Shown: positions 15,916 through 31,079, counted from the stretch's first letter. The stretch is DNA of 64,000 bases from Eledone cirrhosa (GCA_964016885.1 OZ024742.1:124372001-124436000), one strand, 5' to 3'. Program-made: numbers and translations. The notes: generated by a model not told the origin, from the letters alone.

Positions 15916-16902
15916 AATATTACGTTTTTACATTAGACATATTAATACAAGGCAACTGATCCATCACACTTATTTGACCAAAGTCAAAATTTAATATGTA
16001 TGCATATTGTAGTCAGTGAATATCCACATATATAATTTAATGGTAAACGTCTTGTGCAGAAAATTAGATATATTCTCTTTCTCAGCCGATGCTCTAAGCA
16101 CAGAATTAAATAAAAACAACTGAAACACTAGTAAACATGCATAGAAAAGTATTACAGCAACACAGGAAGACAACCAGCGCAAGGAATATATGTGATGAAA
16201 CAAATAAATAATTACACCTGCCATGCAAATAGTTTTATATGTATCAAATGCATACTAATCACATAATAGATGAACTCATCAAGAGCCATGTAGAAAGTAT
16301 ACTATAAACGCACGGAAATGTTAAAAAAATAAAATCTTTTGAACAAACTTCAAGCGTGTGAATTTACAAACCTACTAATGAAAAATACGGTTTAAGAATT
16401 CGTTTCCAAAGTGAAAGTGTTAAACGTAACGATATTCACTGTCAGTCGTACGGATATAGCAGTCAACAACAGGTTCAAAATGCATTAACAACAAGGAACA
16501 AATGGATACCACTACACCTAATAAAAGAAAATAAACACAAAGGTAGATAGACAAACATAGAATATCTCAAAATATAGACGATAAGTAATGTAAACGATAC
16601 TTATAGCACAACGCAACATCGAAATAAAATGAATACACCGATAATATATATAAACAACGTAAGATATAGTCACCTAAGTGATGACGTATTAATCAAATAA
16701 AAAAAATCTGATTCATGTATAAATATCTAAACAGGTATAATTGACCTTGCGCCATATAAATAAACAGTGACATACCGATTTAGGAACTATATTGCCAGGA
16801 ATTCAGACAAGGAAAAAAAAGAGTAATAGAAATATGAGAATAGAACAGCATGTATGTAACAAAAATATACATTCAGCCAGTCACAGAAACTGTTCTACGT
16901 AT

Positions 16903-16935
<33 letters not shown>

Positions 16936-16964
16936 CATATATATATATATCTCGTATATCTATA

Positions 16965-17015
<51 letters not shown>

Positions 17016-17026
17016 GTGTATGTATG

Positions 17027-17107
<81 letters not shown>

Positions 17108-17332
17108 GTGCTGTTGAGAACTCTGTAACCTAAACTCCAGTGTTAACTTTAAAAAAGTGTTATAAACATAGAATGTAACTAAACATTCTTCTATTTATTT
17201 CAGTAAATATATACATGCATGCAAATATACATGTATATATACATATATATATATATATGTGTGTATGTTGTGCGTCCACGTGTGTGCGCGCGCGCGCGTC
17301 TGTGTGTGTGTGTGCGTGTGTTTGCGTGCGTC

Positions 17333-17686
<354 letters not shown>

Positions 17687-18084
17687 TACATATTAATAGA
17701 GACATGTAATAATGATAATATTGCTGCTTTTCTCTGATCTGAGCAAGATGTGATATCGACTACATTTAATCTATTTGAAAGGAATATAGATAGCCCTAAT
17801 GTTATATGTCTGGTCTCTATGAAGATCATGATGCCATGTTAATTCTTTGGTTTTGGAGGTTGTTAGTTTCAAACTACATGACAGTTACAAAAGAACTGTT
17901 CACTACCTTTATTCATATTTACCTATATATATGCTTAATCATATATACACGCATGTGTATGTGATTGGATGCTTGTGTATTGCTATTCAATTATTCAATA
18001 AATATGTTCAATATATATAGTAGACTTAACAACAACAACAACAACACCATTAGCAAAAATGATTATTTCTCCATTTAGTGGTCA

Positions 18085-19841
18085 ATCCTTCTTTATTGAC
18101 CATAAAAGCGAACATGTTGGGAACAAGGCAAATCGAGGGACAGTAGGGGTTTTCCAAAAACAAAGAGACAACAGTATGAAAACAATAACAATAAACAACA
18201 AAATTATAACAAAATAAATTCCCCAAAAGTAAGAAAACCATCAAGTGTCGACACAGGTAAGCCACCAATTCTGAACTCACCAAGCTTGGGGACACTAGAC
18301 GCGTGCGTCCAGAGCAGTTACGTCGCTCTGCGCGCACCTCAAACAGGTCCGTTTGACCACACTTCAGGGCCTGCAGAGTTTTCTGGAATCGGCAATGCCC
18401 CCCCCCCCGGTATAACTGCCAAGTGAGGGATATCCATCGTCCCCGGGTCTAAATTCCTCCACAACAGACTGGTCAATTTGATTTTGTCGACACCAAGAGC
18501 CTCTCCGTGAGCGTAGTCACACTTTCCCACCACCCACTAATCATCTATAGAACTCTCGAGTGGAATTTCCACTGGCCACACTACCCACCTAACGGAGGGT
18601 ACTGAGAGGCAGAAAACATTCCATATGCCACCTACCCTGTCTCTGTCGCTTCTTTATCAAGGAATGCAACTGCTAAAGCAGGAACTATCTCTCACACGGT
18701 AACAACACCGGTTGACCATTTAAGAATATCAGAAGAGTATTTTTTTTTCAATTTGTTGAGATTTAAACTGGGTAAAGACACGATGGTCAGGCAGTAATAG
18801 ATGAAAGACAATATGTACGCGTTCGCCACCTTCGCTCGTTTTTTCATGGATAGTTCTCTCTCGGATAATTTCTGGGTGAGTCTAGGCACCCTGTTCGTTA
18901 TCTCGTCCCAGGTTTTATCCACCTTGGGTCTCATCCGAAACAGAACTCGAACAGCTTCTCCGGTCCGTCAGACCTGTGTCCGCGGACGCTGTTCAACGGC
19001 ATGGATTTGCCTCTTCAGATGCCGAGGTGCAAATTCGTAGACTTTTTTAGTTTTGCTCTCGTCAACCTTTCATATTCCTCTAAGAAGGTGCCAAATACTT
19101 CGATTTCAGAGGTCTTCAACGGCATCATCGTGTCGTCTGCATCTTCCATCGCAGCCATTCCATATCTCAGTTCGAGCAGAATGCCCTGCGCCAGCTCCCG
19201 CTTCCACAGTAAAAGCTCAAGGGTCAATATGTAAAGCAGGGAAGAGAGAGGGTACCCTTGACTGATTGATCACTAGATTTAAAATCGTTCCGAAAGGTGG
19301 TTATTTAATTTGACAACCGAGCGTTTGCAGCTGTTATCCCTCTTGTTATCTCTCTTGCTCTCGTTTTTCCTGATGAGTGTTACTACAGCAAGGCTCACAG
19401 AATAGGGTACACGTTTTCGCTGCCTGTTGCAATAGGCAGCTTCGAGGAGATCAGAGAAGAAGTCTGGCATATCTTCATAAAACCGGTACGACAAACCATC
19501 CAAATTGGCTGACTTGCGTCTCGTGCAGCCGAATAAGGCACCCCGAATCTCGAACTGACGCAATTGGCCTTCTGTAGAACTCAGCATCGGCTGGCGAGAG
19601 TTGTGGGAAAGTGTGGAGTTAGGAACTGAAATTCGACACCGTCTTCGACCTCCCACTGAACAGTTGTGCAAATTGCAGGTGATAGACCGCACACATCTGC
19701 CTAGACTCACTCACTGATCCTGCGTCTTGGTTCTTCAAAAACTTATTCATGTATTTGTTAGCACGCTGCGCCTCTTCCACGCGGGCCCATCGAACAAATT
19801 TCCTTTCTTCGTTTCTTAGAGCACGTGCCCTACCTCTGGCA

Positions 19842-19892
<51 letters not shown>

Positions 19893-20520
19893 CGTGTTTC
19901 GCATTGAAGAAATAGGCTAATGTCAAACTTGTCGCTAACACGTCATTTGCAATATCACTTCTAGTCGCCTCGTTTAATTTAGCTTCCAGTTCCGCTTCCT
20001 TTCTATTTTCTTTCTAACAATACATCTTCCCTAAAACCCATTGAATCTATTATAATATATCTTAAGAGCGCCATACCAAGAGTTGTTGACAACCCCATGC
20101 CAACTTATACTTAATAAAAGTGCTTAGCCGGGCTCTATAGGTGGTACGCGACGGCAATGATGTATAAGCTTCCAGTAACCAGGTTCTAGCCTACATAATC
20201 TATCTAGGTCAAACATGCGGATAAAAAATGTATGGCCTGAATAATTGATCGTTCAGAAATGTGGACAGTCTATACTATTGTTATCAGCTGACCTCAGGTA
20301 AAACCTATCTATATACGATCCAGGTGGACCTATTCGGTTGGACCAGGTCCATACTGATGTTTTGGGGGTATCTAGTCGGTTCCTGTCAGACAGTCGGAAC
20401 TGGCTGATCAGGAGACACCATAATTTCAGTCCTGGGAATGTGGATCTTTATTATTCTTCTGCTCATGTGGGACGGGTACATGACAATGTGGTCCATTCTA
20501 CAGCTGGGCCACAGATGGTT
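18085..20520 (-). mobile_element. Old, internally deleted Tx1/L1-clade LINE
   Basis: RT fragments (KSANLDGLSYRFYEDMPDFF; LSMKKRAKVANAYI) are homologous to 21823-27523. 20463-20520 matches ORF1 at 26568-26625. AATAAA at the 3' end. Confidence 0.85.
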
Positions 20521-20771
20521 CTATGGCAAAGGAGTATATTATACATTATAAATAATATTGTTTGTAATAACAAATTAAAGTTCAAATACTTCGGGAAAGC
20601 CCAAATATTATGGGGTAGTTTTTTCACAGGGAAAAGGCGGGTGCCATATGACTCCTTTGCAATAAAAAGATTATGACAAAAATATGAATTTAAACAAGTG
20701 AATTCAGCAAACATAGCGGAACTCAGGATCGCAAGTCTTCACAATTTAGTCCCCAATACTACTACTACAAC

Positions 20772-20791
20772 TAATAATAATAATAATGATG

Positions 20792-20848
<57 letters not shown>

Positions 20849-21020
20849 TGTTTCTACTGTTGGCACAAGGCCAGCAATAATAATAATGCTTTCTTTATTA
20901 ACAACAAGGGATAACATAAAGTAGACATTAAGGACAGTACAGGACAATACAGGACGGTACAAATGGGCATTTCTGCGTGTAAAAGAAAACAGAGGATGTA
21001 ATAAAAAAATAACAATGAAA

Positions 21021-21107
<87 letters not shown>

Positions 21108-21665
21108 GAAGGACTTTAAAAAGAGGGTATGTCTGCTAATTGATATGTCCGTTCCAATAGACAAGAATGTATATATAAGCACATTTGAAAAATTGAACAT
21201 GAATAAGGACCTGGAGATGGAAATGGAAAAATGTGGAAATTGAGTACTAAAACAATACCAGTGGTTGTAGGCGCTCTAGGAATGATACCTAAGGGGTCTA
21301 ATGATTACTTATAGCAAATCCCAGGAAACCAGCGTATAGGAGAAATACCAAACATAGTACTAATGGGAACTGCCCATATACTAAGGAAGATTCTGTCAAT
21401 ACAAGGTACATCACAAGTCTAAACTCCTAAAGATGCATGTGTGTGTATGTATGTCCTTTCTTGAACATGGTGGACCTTGTTGTCTCTTGAGGTCACTGGT
21501 AGTGACTTTGTGATAACTCGTATGAACATAAAGCAAGATAAATGCAACTATAATAATAATAATTGTTTCTACTTTTGGCACAACGCCAGCAATTACTCAA
21601 TGCATTACTGGTACTTTCGACCCCGGAAGGATGAAAGGCAAAGTTAACCTCGGCGGTATTTGAAC

Positions 21666-21719
<54 letters not shown>

Positions 21720-21822
21720 TATAATACTTTCTTTATTAAACACAAGGGTTTACATAAAGTAGACATTAAGGACAGTACAGTATAATACAGGACGGTACAA
21801 ATGGGCATTTCTTAATAATAAT
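20772..21822. repeat. (TAA)n array interrupted by short retro-inserts
   Basis: SINE tip 20848-20876(-), Tx1 3' end 20887-21020(-), Dong 3' end 21105-21550(+), SINE 21562-21666(-), Tx1 tip 21726-21812(-). Confidence 0.9.
21105..21550 (+). mobile_element. 5'-truncated copy of the Dong element
   Basis: Reverse-complement match to ~372-813 (LKDFKKRVCLLIDMSV...GTAHILRKIL plus 3'UTR); flanked by (TAA)n. Confidence 0.92.
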
Positions 21823-22101
21823 GATTTCATTTATTAGCCACAAGGGCCGACATGTAGGGGACAATTCAAAGACAGGGACAGTGGGGGTTTACAATAAGGT
21901 CGAGTAAAAGTGCACAATGGCAAGACTATTTTAACAATGAAGATATACAAAATACAAAATAAACTATGCATAATATAACAAAATAAATACCCCGATAGTG
22001 AGTGGACGTCACTGGGGTGACTCAGGTACCCCACCAATCCTGAACCATCCTGCGCTTCTAGGCCACCCAGGGAGAGCAGGCCTCTCCTCATGTTAGCTAG
22101 C

Positions 22102-25100
22102 CTATAGGCGCATGGTCAGAGTAGGCCCATTCACACGGGCCATTCTCGCCACATTCATCCACCTTTTAGCAAATGTTCTGGAGGGCAGCACTTCTCTATC
22201 CACCCTCACCTTCATTTCAAGGTGAAACTTGAAGAAGTTGTTGAGAGATTGGCCAAAGAGAAAAGTGTCTGTCTTCAGTCCTTTTAATCTGGTTCACCAT
22301 ATAACCCCTTTCGCAACTGCCACCAGACAGAGGAACATATCCTGCTCTTCCTGACCTAAGGAAGGCGGCGGGTCGATCTCCACTATGGACTCCGCCGATA
22401 GTCAGATTCGTTCCACACTCGACAGTAGCTGTTCGACATAAATTCACAAGTCAGTAATGCATAGGCATCTTGGGCAGGTCCGTCTGACAGCTCTTCCATG
22501 CCTGTACAGTTTATCCCGAACCGGCAGTGATAGCCCCACCCCGGTAGCAGACCCAGCGAGGGATTTCTGGAAATTCTCCATCGTCCCCGGCTCGAAAGTC
22601 CTCCGGTACAGCCTGGGCATTTCGACTTCGTCGAGGTCAAAGCTTCTCCGAGTGCGTCATCGAACTTGCCCAACACTAATCCTCTATAGAACTCAATGTC
22701 GAAGATCCACTGATCGCATTGCCCGCTTGGTAGAGGGCACTGAGTGCCTGGCTACACTCCAGATGTCAGTCACCCAGTCTCGGTCTCTTCTTGACCCAGA
22801 ACTGCAGCTCAGTCAAATAAACGATCTGCGGAAAGGCCTGTCTGATAAAAGGCGACAAACACCTCTTCACCGTTTAGGCAGAATATCTGGAGATGTCGCA
22901 GCCTCAACGCATGTCTGCGCATCATTAGCCACGGCATGGCCCGCCCTCTGCGAAGAGGGTTCTGGCAGCAGATGGACCGCCTCACCAACGGAACATGTCC
23001 CCTCCACAATAATTTGAAGAGGAGCCGTTCCAACTTGAAGAGGCGCGGACGGGGGCAGGGCACGGCGGTCAGGCGGTATTAGATGACGGACGCGATCTAC
23101 ACATTCGCCACCTCCGCGCGGCCTTTCAGTGATAGCTTCCTTCCAGTCCATTTTGTGGTTTTCCACCTGGAGGTCTGGTCCGAAGAAAACCCCGAGCAAC
23201 TTTACCGGTCCATCCATCCAGCGCTCCACGGTGCTGTTGGACGGCATAGGCTTGTCTTCTCCAGGTGCCGACAACGCCTTTCCACGTCCTGGTTCGAGCG
23301 GGATGCCCTGCATCAGCTCCAGCTTCCGCAGTAAAGGCTCGAGAGTCAATACGTACAGAAGGGAAGAGAGAGGGCATGCTTGACGGACCGATCGGGAGAG
23401 CCGAAATGATTCCGAGAGGTGGGCATAAACCTTGACCACCGAGCCTGCGTCGCTTGGCATTGCAGCGATCCAGCTTCTGAAGACAGGGCCGAAGCCAGCT
23501 GCTTTGAGGACAAACTCCAGATACCGATGGTCGACCCTATCCAATGCTTTAAATTGATCTAAATTGATCAGTGCCCCACCGAAGCCAGGGTTACACCCTA
23601 CCCTCACTATGATGTATCGCATGAGTTGGAGATTGTCGTGTATGGACCTGGCTGTGATGCGTAAGTTTGCGCCTCCCCAACCAAATCCTCGACGACAAGC
23701 GCCAGTCTGTTTGCTAACACCTTGGCCCAAATCTTAAACTCTTTATTGAGTAAAGTTATAGGCCTGAAGTTGTCTAATGTATCCCTCTTGTTCTCGTCTT
23801 TCCTTATCAGCGCCACCGCTCCCCTTCTAACAGAACAGGGAATACTCCCATTCTGCTTCCAGTTGCAGTAGAGTGCATCGAGGAGATCGGAGAACAAGTC
23901 TGGCATATTTAAGTAAATCTCGCAGGGCAGGCCATCTAAACCGGATGGCTTGCGCCTCATGCAGCCGACAAGGGCGTTCTGAATTTCGGCTGAAGTAATC
24001 GGCCTTTCGCAGCGCTCAGCGTCAACCGTCGAGATGCGCGGCACGCCATCAAGGTAGGGACTGAAATCCGCTACTCTCTCTGACTCGCCACTCTCCCCGA
24101 ACAACCGAGCAAAGTGCTGACGAAAGGCCTCACACATCCGCTTAGAATCGCTTATCTCGTGTCCTCGGTCTGCCAAAGACCGAATTGTGGTTTTATTACC
24201 ACGCTGCGCCTCCTCGACGCGGGTCCATCGAACAGCTTCGGTTCCTTCGTTTCTCAGTGCACGCGCCTTAGCTCTGACAATGCAACCTACGTGTTTCGCA
24301 TTGTGAGAAATGGTATAATGGCATTCTCGCCGCTAGAACGTCAGTTGCAATGCCACTACAAATAGCCTCATCTAACTTATCTACCAGCCCCCCCCCCCCC
24401 CCCCTCCCTCCTTTCTATTTTCTCTCTAACGCTATTTCTTTGCTGAACTCTATCGAAGTTACTCTAATCTCTCTTTTGAGAGCCCCCACTATCTATTGTT
24501 GATGATGCCCCTGTCAACTTTTGCTTAACTAAATTGTTGACTCGGTCCCTGTAAGCCTTACGTGCCGGAAATGATATGTTCAGCTTCCAGTAACCTGGTC
24601 CCAACCTACGCGTTTATCTAAGTCGACCATACCGATCACAAATTTGTGATCTGAATAGGCTACCGTTTTAAAAAGTGGGCAGCCTAGACTATTTCTATCA
24701 ATTTTCCTAATGAAGATGCTGTCTATATACGATCTAGATGACCCAATTCGGTTGGTCCATATCCATGCAGGCGCATTGGGGAAATCTAGTCGATACCTGT
24801 CAGACAGTTGGCACTGGCTGAGCAGCTGCTTGAGGCTTGTGCACCCCCCGCTCCTATCAGCTACTCACACACAATCCCAGCGTGCGTCTAAGATGCCATT
24901 CCAGTCCCTCGCTAACAGTAAAGGGCGAGACGTACCCAAAAAGGTTTCCAGGCGCCTAAAGAAGTCCGGTCGTCCGGCCCCTGTAGGGGCTTAGACGGCC
25001 AGCAGTCTAAAGGCACCACCTTCACTACTGCTCTCATCGAAGACCACCAACTTACCGTCCGGATCCCAGAAGATCGACCTTACATCGAGAACAGTCCTTT

Positions 25101-25325
25101 CCTAAACTGCACTGCCACCCTACCTCCCATTCCCGGCCTGCTAACAAATGCGAAGATCTGATAGTTGTCGAAAATGGGGGCTAGTGCACTCGTGTCGGAA
25201 ATTCTGGTCTCGCTGAAGGCAATCACATCCATTTCCAGTGACCTGAGGTCGTTGAGCAGACGACCCTGCTTCCAGGGTGACCCCAGGCCGCGTACATTTA
25301 AACTTCCTACTCTTAATATGGACAA
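22102..25325 (-). pseudogene. Tx1 ORF2 (APE endonuclease + RT), disrupted
   Basis: SILRVGSLNVRGL..SET (APE); GLDGLP.E.Y, FRPITLLN, LDQFKALDRVDH, RQACPLSSLLY (RT). The YADD motif is deleted; frameshifts present. Confidence 0.9.
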
Positions 25326-25329
25326 GTTG

Positions 25330-27185
25330 GCAAGCCAAAAGAGAGAGGGAAGGTTTACTTACCTCCCGGGGGTCTTGTGAATGTCGGGTTGTTTGACCTC
25401 CATGGTTGGTGGGGTTTCTTTTGGGAACCCCTTTAAAAGTCTCGTAGTGGGTTTCACATTCGGGGTTCCCACGTTTTGAGGAAAGCTCTCCCGAATTTAT
25501 TTGAAGGAATCGAGTGACATTCGGACCAGAATCAAATTTTCTGGCACGCCAAATGTGCTCATTCAAAGATCTCCTCCTCTGTTTGAATGTCCTCGCTTCG
25601 TGCTGAGAGGGCCATCGGTTTATCGTTAGCGCTTCTGACAAGCAGGAGGATTTTAACATTTTGTTGGTGTGGTTTTTTTTGTTTTCGTTTTGGTGGCTGT
25701 AGTGGTGATGGTTTTGGTAGTGTTGTTTCGAGTATGTCTGTGTTTATTGCAGGTGTGGTGTCTGAAATGTCAGGTATTAGTGTGTTTATTTGTACCTGTG
25801 TTTGTTTAGGTTGTTTGCGTTTCGGGGATTGTAGTGTGCTGTCGATGTTGCTGTAGGTGCTGATGTTATTGGGGCAGTGTTTGCGTTAGTGGTGTCTGTA
25901 TGTTTTGATGTGTATGTTTTTGTGATTTGCTGGGGCTTTTTTCGGGTGAGTTTCTCTGGGTTTTTTTTTTGCACTTTTGGGTTTTCCTTCATCTTCGCTG
26001 CTGGAAGTCAAAGGGTCTGTGGCTGTGAGTTCTCTTTGTCTGTGTGTGCGTTTATTGTTTTGTCTATGTGCATAATTGAGAGTGGTGGTATTGTGAGAGC
26101 TTTCCTCGTTTTCCCCTTGGATTGGTTTCGATGTTGGTGGTGGTCCGGCTGTTTTTGATGTTGGTGTCCGTGTCTTTGTTGGTGTTATTTTTGGTGGTGC
26201 AGCTTTCTGTGCTGACGTTGGCGTTGGCAACAAAGGAGGTTTGCGACCCCCTGCATTTTTGCGCTGAGAGCAGAAGGCTTGCAGATGCGTTGCTTCCCCG
26301 CAGACGAAACAGTTCTGCCTTCTTCCCTCAGTGATTAGTTTGATTGTTGTCCCGCCCTGCAGGCGGGCAAAATTCGGGATGTTGTTCATGTCATCCAGTT
26401 TCATTTGGAGAAGAATTTCCAAATCCATTCCGGACCAGACTTCTCTCTCTGTCCTTTTGATATCCAGGAGGGTAGTGTCTGTCCCCTCTTCGATTACGCA
26501 TCCCAGGAGCCACCATGTATTCTTTCCTGGTGAGATGCTGGGATACGGACCTTTACTGTTTTTTACCCATGTAGGACGGGTGCATGATAATGCGGTCAGT
26601 TCTGCAGGGGGTCACAGAGTGCTTAATAGCAAGGGCCTCGGTTTTGAACAGTACCGAGATGGTACCGAACTGTTTGGCCCTTGCTTTATACTCTATGTCA
26701 CTTCCGATACACTCCAGAGCAGCGTCGACCTCTGCTTGGCTGGCAAGTTCTACTTTGCGCTCTGCACCAAAATGCATCGAAAGTACACCGTCCTCCTTTG
26801 CATGGCCGCTATTGCCCCGTGCGAGATGGTCAGGTTTGCCCAGGACTTCTCCCGTTTAATTAGCCTCCACGGCTGAGCCAACTGTTCGTCTTTATCGCTA
26901 ATATCAATATTCAATAAGCGCTTTGTTTTTGCTGCTGCTGCAGCAAAGGTGGTGCCTCTCTTGTTCTTGGTGTTGTTATTGGTGTTGTTGTTGTTTTGTT
27001 TGTTGTTGCTGTTGCCACCGCCATTCCATGTTTACATTGAAGCTGTCGTTGTTGCTCCGAGTTGTTGTTGTTGTGGTGGTGGTGATGTCGTTTTCAGATG
27101 ATACTGCTCCTAACAAAGAAGGGAGCGGATGTGAGGGTAGCTTTTGAGTTTTCCTTTCACATTCAGTCGAATGGTCGAGAGACAT
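25330..27185 (-). pseudogene. Tx1 ORF1 (zinc-knuckle nucleic-acid-binding protein), disrupted
   Basis: CFVCGEATHLQAFC CCHC knuckle followed by a Pro/Thr/Lys-rich tail; position upstream of ORF2; start uncertain. Confidence 0.78.
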
Positions 27186-28468
27186 GTCTGTATTAGTAGT
27201 AGTTGCGGTGAGATCTACAGTGGATGCTTTTCAAAAGCATCCACTGTAGATCTCACTTTTGACCTAAACTTAGTTTACCGTTTCAAGGTCGAAAATTTCC
27301 ATATTTTTTTGGTGGGGAAGCGATTTTTTCGAAGTTTTTAAAAATAGATCTTTATATTCGAGCTTAAAGCCCGAATATTGAGAAGTCTCCCTGCCTTGTA
27401 ACCAAGGTGGGTATTTTATGCTTCGTTAACGACAAGAAAATACAAAAAATGATACTTTAAAACAGCTTAAAGTTACGAACCTTTTCCTCCGCAGACTTGT
27501 GGGTCTTCATACATGTGCGTCCAAATAATAATAATGCGTCCAAATAATAATACTAATAATAATAATATTCGACATCGTTAATAGGCGCACTAGGTACTAT
27601 TTCCAGTTAAATGACTGAGACTCAAAGAACAATAATAATAATAATAATAATAGTAATAATAATAATAATAATAATAACTAGGAGTTTTCTGTTGTTACAT
27701 TGAGTATCGTGTTACCCGTCAGTTACGTCGTCTTTAAATATTTATATACGTGCATAGCTTATTAGATGGATAAAGCTTTGAGAAAAATGATCTGTGTTAT
27801 TTACGATTTTCTAACTTTGCTATTCAGTATAATCGACTTCTCTTTCTACTAAATTGCCACCATGAAGCTGATAATATAAATAATTATTATAGAGGTGAAT
27901 ATGAAAAATAAAATAAGTTATATAATGGGTTTATATACAATAAATATATGGGTAACCTCGCTGCTGAAGAAAAATAAATAGTTATATATAGGCATTGGGA
28001 GACTAGCCGGCAAGAGTTGTAAGAGCTTTAGATAAAGTGCATAGGAATGTGTTTTCCGTTTCTTTAGTCCTGATTTCAATTGCAGTGGTCATTCCTTCCT
28101 TCGATAAGATGTAGTACCATTCAAGTAATACGATTGATTTAGTCAGCTTTGACCTCCAACAAATATTACTAGGTTTATGCATAAATTATAAACCATTACT
28201 ATACTACTGTTCTTAATAATTTATGTTGTTTTCAGAAACTGTCAAAATCCAGTTTGCCTTTCGTTTATCCAGGTTCAACAAACTAAAGCTCCATTCAAGT
28301 GAAGGAAATGAATAATAACTCATGTAAATTAGTAGCAATGTGTTTATATTAGAACCGATTATAACTATACACACGCACCCTACACAAGCAGGCATGCACA
28401 CAAGCACAAACACATAATGTATATATATTTATATACACACACACGCATATATACACACACATACACAC

Positions 28469-28521
<53 letters not shown>

Positions 28522-28764
28522 TGTGTGTGTGTGTGTGTGGATGTGTGTGTGGATGTGTGTGTGTATACACACACATTTATATACATAGTTATATAAATAT
28601 AGGTGGATTACCAATGTATATCGGGAGGTGACGACAGTTAAAAAGTTACTCAATATGTTAGCAGAATACAGGCATATTTATTTTCATATGAAGTCATCGG
28701 GATGGTTTCTTACGCACGAAACCTTTTTAGCGTTGTAGTCGGTATTCATTTATACATATATCTA

Positions 28765-28825
<61 letters not shown>

Positions 28826-28828
<3 letters not shown>

Positions 28829-29136
28829 AAGGTTAAACAAGGTTCGAGGAATAAATCAAAGAATGAGTTTTACAATAGATTAGAAGCACTCAACAAAAAT
28901 GGTTTTCTGGAGTTATTAATATTAATTCAGAATATTGACAAAATAGATATTCTTGTGATCAAGTATATTTTATTATACATATTTCAGAGGTACTGAGTTA
29001 ACTCCAACAATACGTCATCATCAGATAAAATAAGATGATGCATGACATACCCTGACATAGTAGATAGTTAAGACTCAGTCAATGTATAATAAAATATACT
29101 TGATCACAAGAATATCTATGTTGTTAATATTTTGAA

Positions 29137-29143
<7 letters not shown>
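28826..29143 (-). mobile_element. PLE-type remnant, family c: ~60-bp inverted repeats plus a ~90-bp tail, in (TA)n
   Basis: 28919-28980 is inverted at 29082-29143; related to 46657-46860. Confidence 0.75.
28968..29030 (-). ncRNA. Type I hammerhead ribozyme motif
   Basis: ttttat-CTGATGA-t-gacgtattg..cagtacctc-t-GAAA-TATGTAT-A-ataaaa. 6-bp stem I; self-complementary AUAUGUAU stem III. Confidence 0.7.
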
Positions 29144-29214
<71 letters not shown>

Positions 29215-29994
29215 CGTGTGTGTGTGTGTGTGTGTATACATAAAGGGAGTGAGAGGGGGGAGGGGTATACTCCCGAGCAATTGCTTTGTAGTCGGGAAAT
29301 TTGTTTGAATACATATTTGGTATTCATCAGATTACACAAGAGAGAAAACAATTTCAAAATATAATCACAATTTCATGAGGATCTTATGTTGGAGAAACAT
29401 ATTAATCCATAGGCTAACAAGGTATATTGTGTCAAATGTCGAAAATCAGAGCATTTAAATGGCAGTGCAGTGTGTTCTCTATTATGAATCTACCGACACA
29501 TCACGTTCGTTAGAATACTTTCATGAGGATATGGTTACATAATATAGAAACAGTAGGTGTTGATTGTTCGTGGAAAATTATTCGATGATTTTAAAAGGAA
29601 TATTAGTAAATATTTTACGCAATGTTTTGTAGATACTTCTCTGCAAATGTGCAGACAGAATATGAGTCAATGAACTGCCTCAAAGTTTGACTTTAGCTAG
29701 AGACAACTCCATGTAACAAGTACGCATTTTATGCTGGGATCTGCTTATGTAGCCGAACTCATCACTTTTGGCTAATTGTGTGGTCGAGAGCTATTTAAGA
29801 CAGAGTTGATTTGAAGCGACATTTTATAGGAATCTAGCCAAATTAAAAATGTGATATTATCGTCAAAATAGATATGAAAATACTTTCATTTTAATTAGTA
29901 ATAATTATCAAATTGGCATTTTGTATGTATGTATGAATGTATGTTTGTTTGCATGTATGTTTGTATGTACGTATGTATGTATGTATGTATATGT

Positions 29995-30380
29995 TTGAAG
30001 TCTGAACGAGTATCCGCCACCTCTAACTATCCTAATTTCCGCCTTTCTGTTCCGGGCGATAGAATGGAGCATGCATTGCCCCGGTAGACGGCCAGGGAGA
30101 TGCACTGGAAGAGCTACTCTACATGGTGGCGCTCACATCTACCGGCAGCCATGTCCACTTCGATAGGCGTGAGGTTTGACCGATGAGTCTGATGAGTTCA
30201 TCCACCCTTTTAACAACTCTTGATTTTTATGTTTTGCTGGAGTTCCAGAAACCCACCATCACCAGACTAGTGTATGGTGTATGTTGGGAGGCGGGATAAT
30301 GGCCAGCCACCTGACCATGAAGCAAGTTGTACTGGATTACATGCTACCAGTAGCAGGCGGTTGCCTGATAATGGCCCTAT
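29995..30380 (-). mobile_element. 3' fragment of a CRE-like RLE non-LTR element, followed by (CATA)n
   Basis: E*LFQCISLAVYRGNACSIL at 30060-30119 matches the L.Q.ISLAV.RGNA.SI C-terminal motif of CRE-type elements. Confidence 0.6.
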
Positions 30381-30632
30381 TTTGACCAAAGAAATATTAC
30401 TCTCTCAAACAATATGGAATTTAATATTTGTATAAGACTGTACCAATAATTAGACATTATTAATGCACAAAGGCCATATGATCAAGCGGATTGCGTAACG
30501 ACTAGATAGGCTTACTTCTGAACACAACACAGAGTTGCGCAAATTCTTAAATAATGTTAATACAGAAATTAACAAAAAATGTAAATATATATGGAAAATA
30601 TTATTCTGTTGTGCATTCAGCTACACCACCCC

Positions 30633-30676
<44 letters not shown>

Positions 30677-30793
30677 ATTTGTGTGTGTGGGGGAGAGTAA
30701 ATTCGGGTGTATGCGTCAACACATGTGCATGTGTTTGCCCGTGAACATACAGCAATACAATGTACTTAAAATTCGCAGTGATTAAATCCCTTC

Positions 30794-30880
<87 letters not shown>

Positions 30881-31079
30881 GTACAGAGGCAGAGAGGGAA
30901 AGAGAGAGAAAGGGGAGAGAAAGATGCATAATTATATCTCATACATATTGTATGTACACACCTGCTCATATTTTGTAATGTAACAGATACATAAAGTACA
31001 ATGTTAGTCGATTATAACAGGCAATTTTAATATTGACACGTATTTGCAATCCTATGAAATGTCATACAATGTGGAAAAC

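Larger units (their letters stand above)
21823..27523 (-). mobile_element. Near full-length Tx1/L1-clade LINE inserted in (TTA)n
   Basis: 5'UTR, ORF1 with CCHC knuckle, ORF2 APE-RT, 3'UTR with AATAAA; TAA repeats on both sides. Confidence 0.92.
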
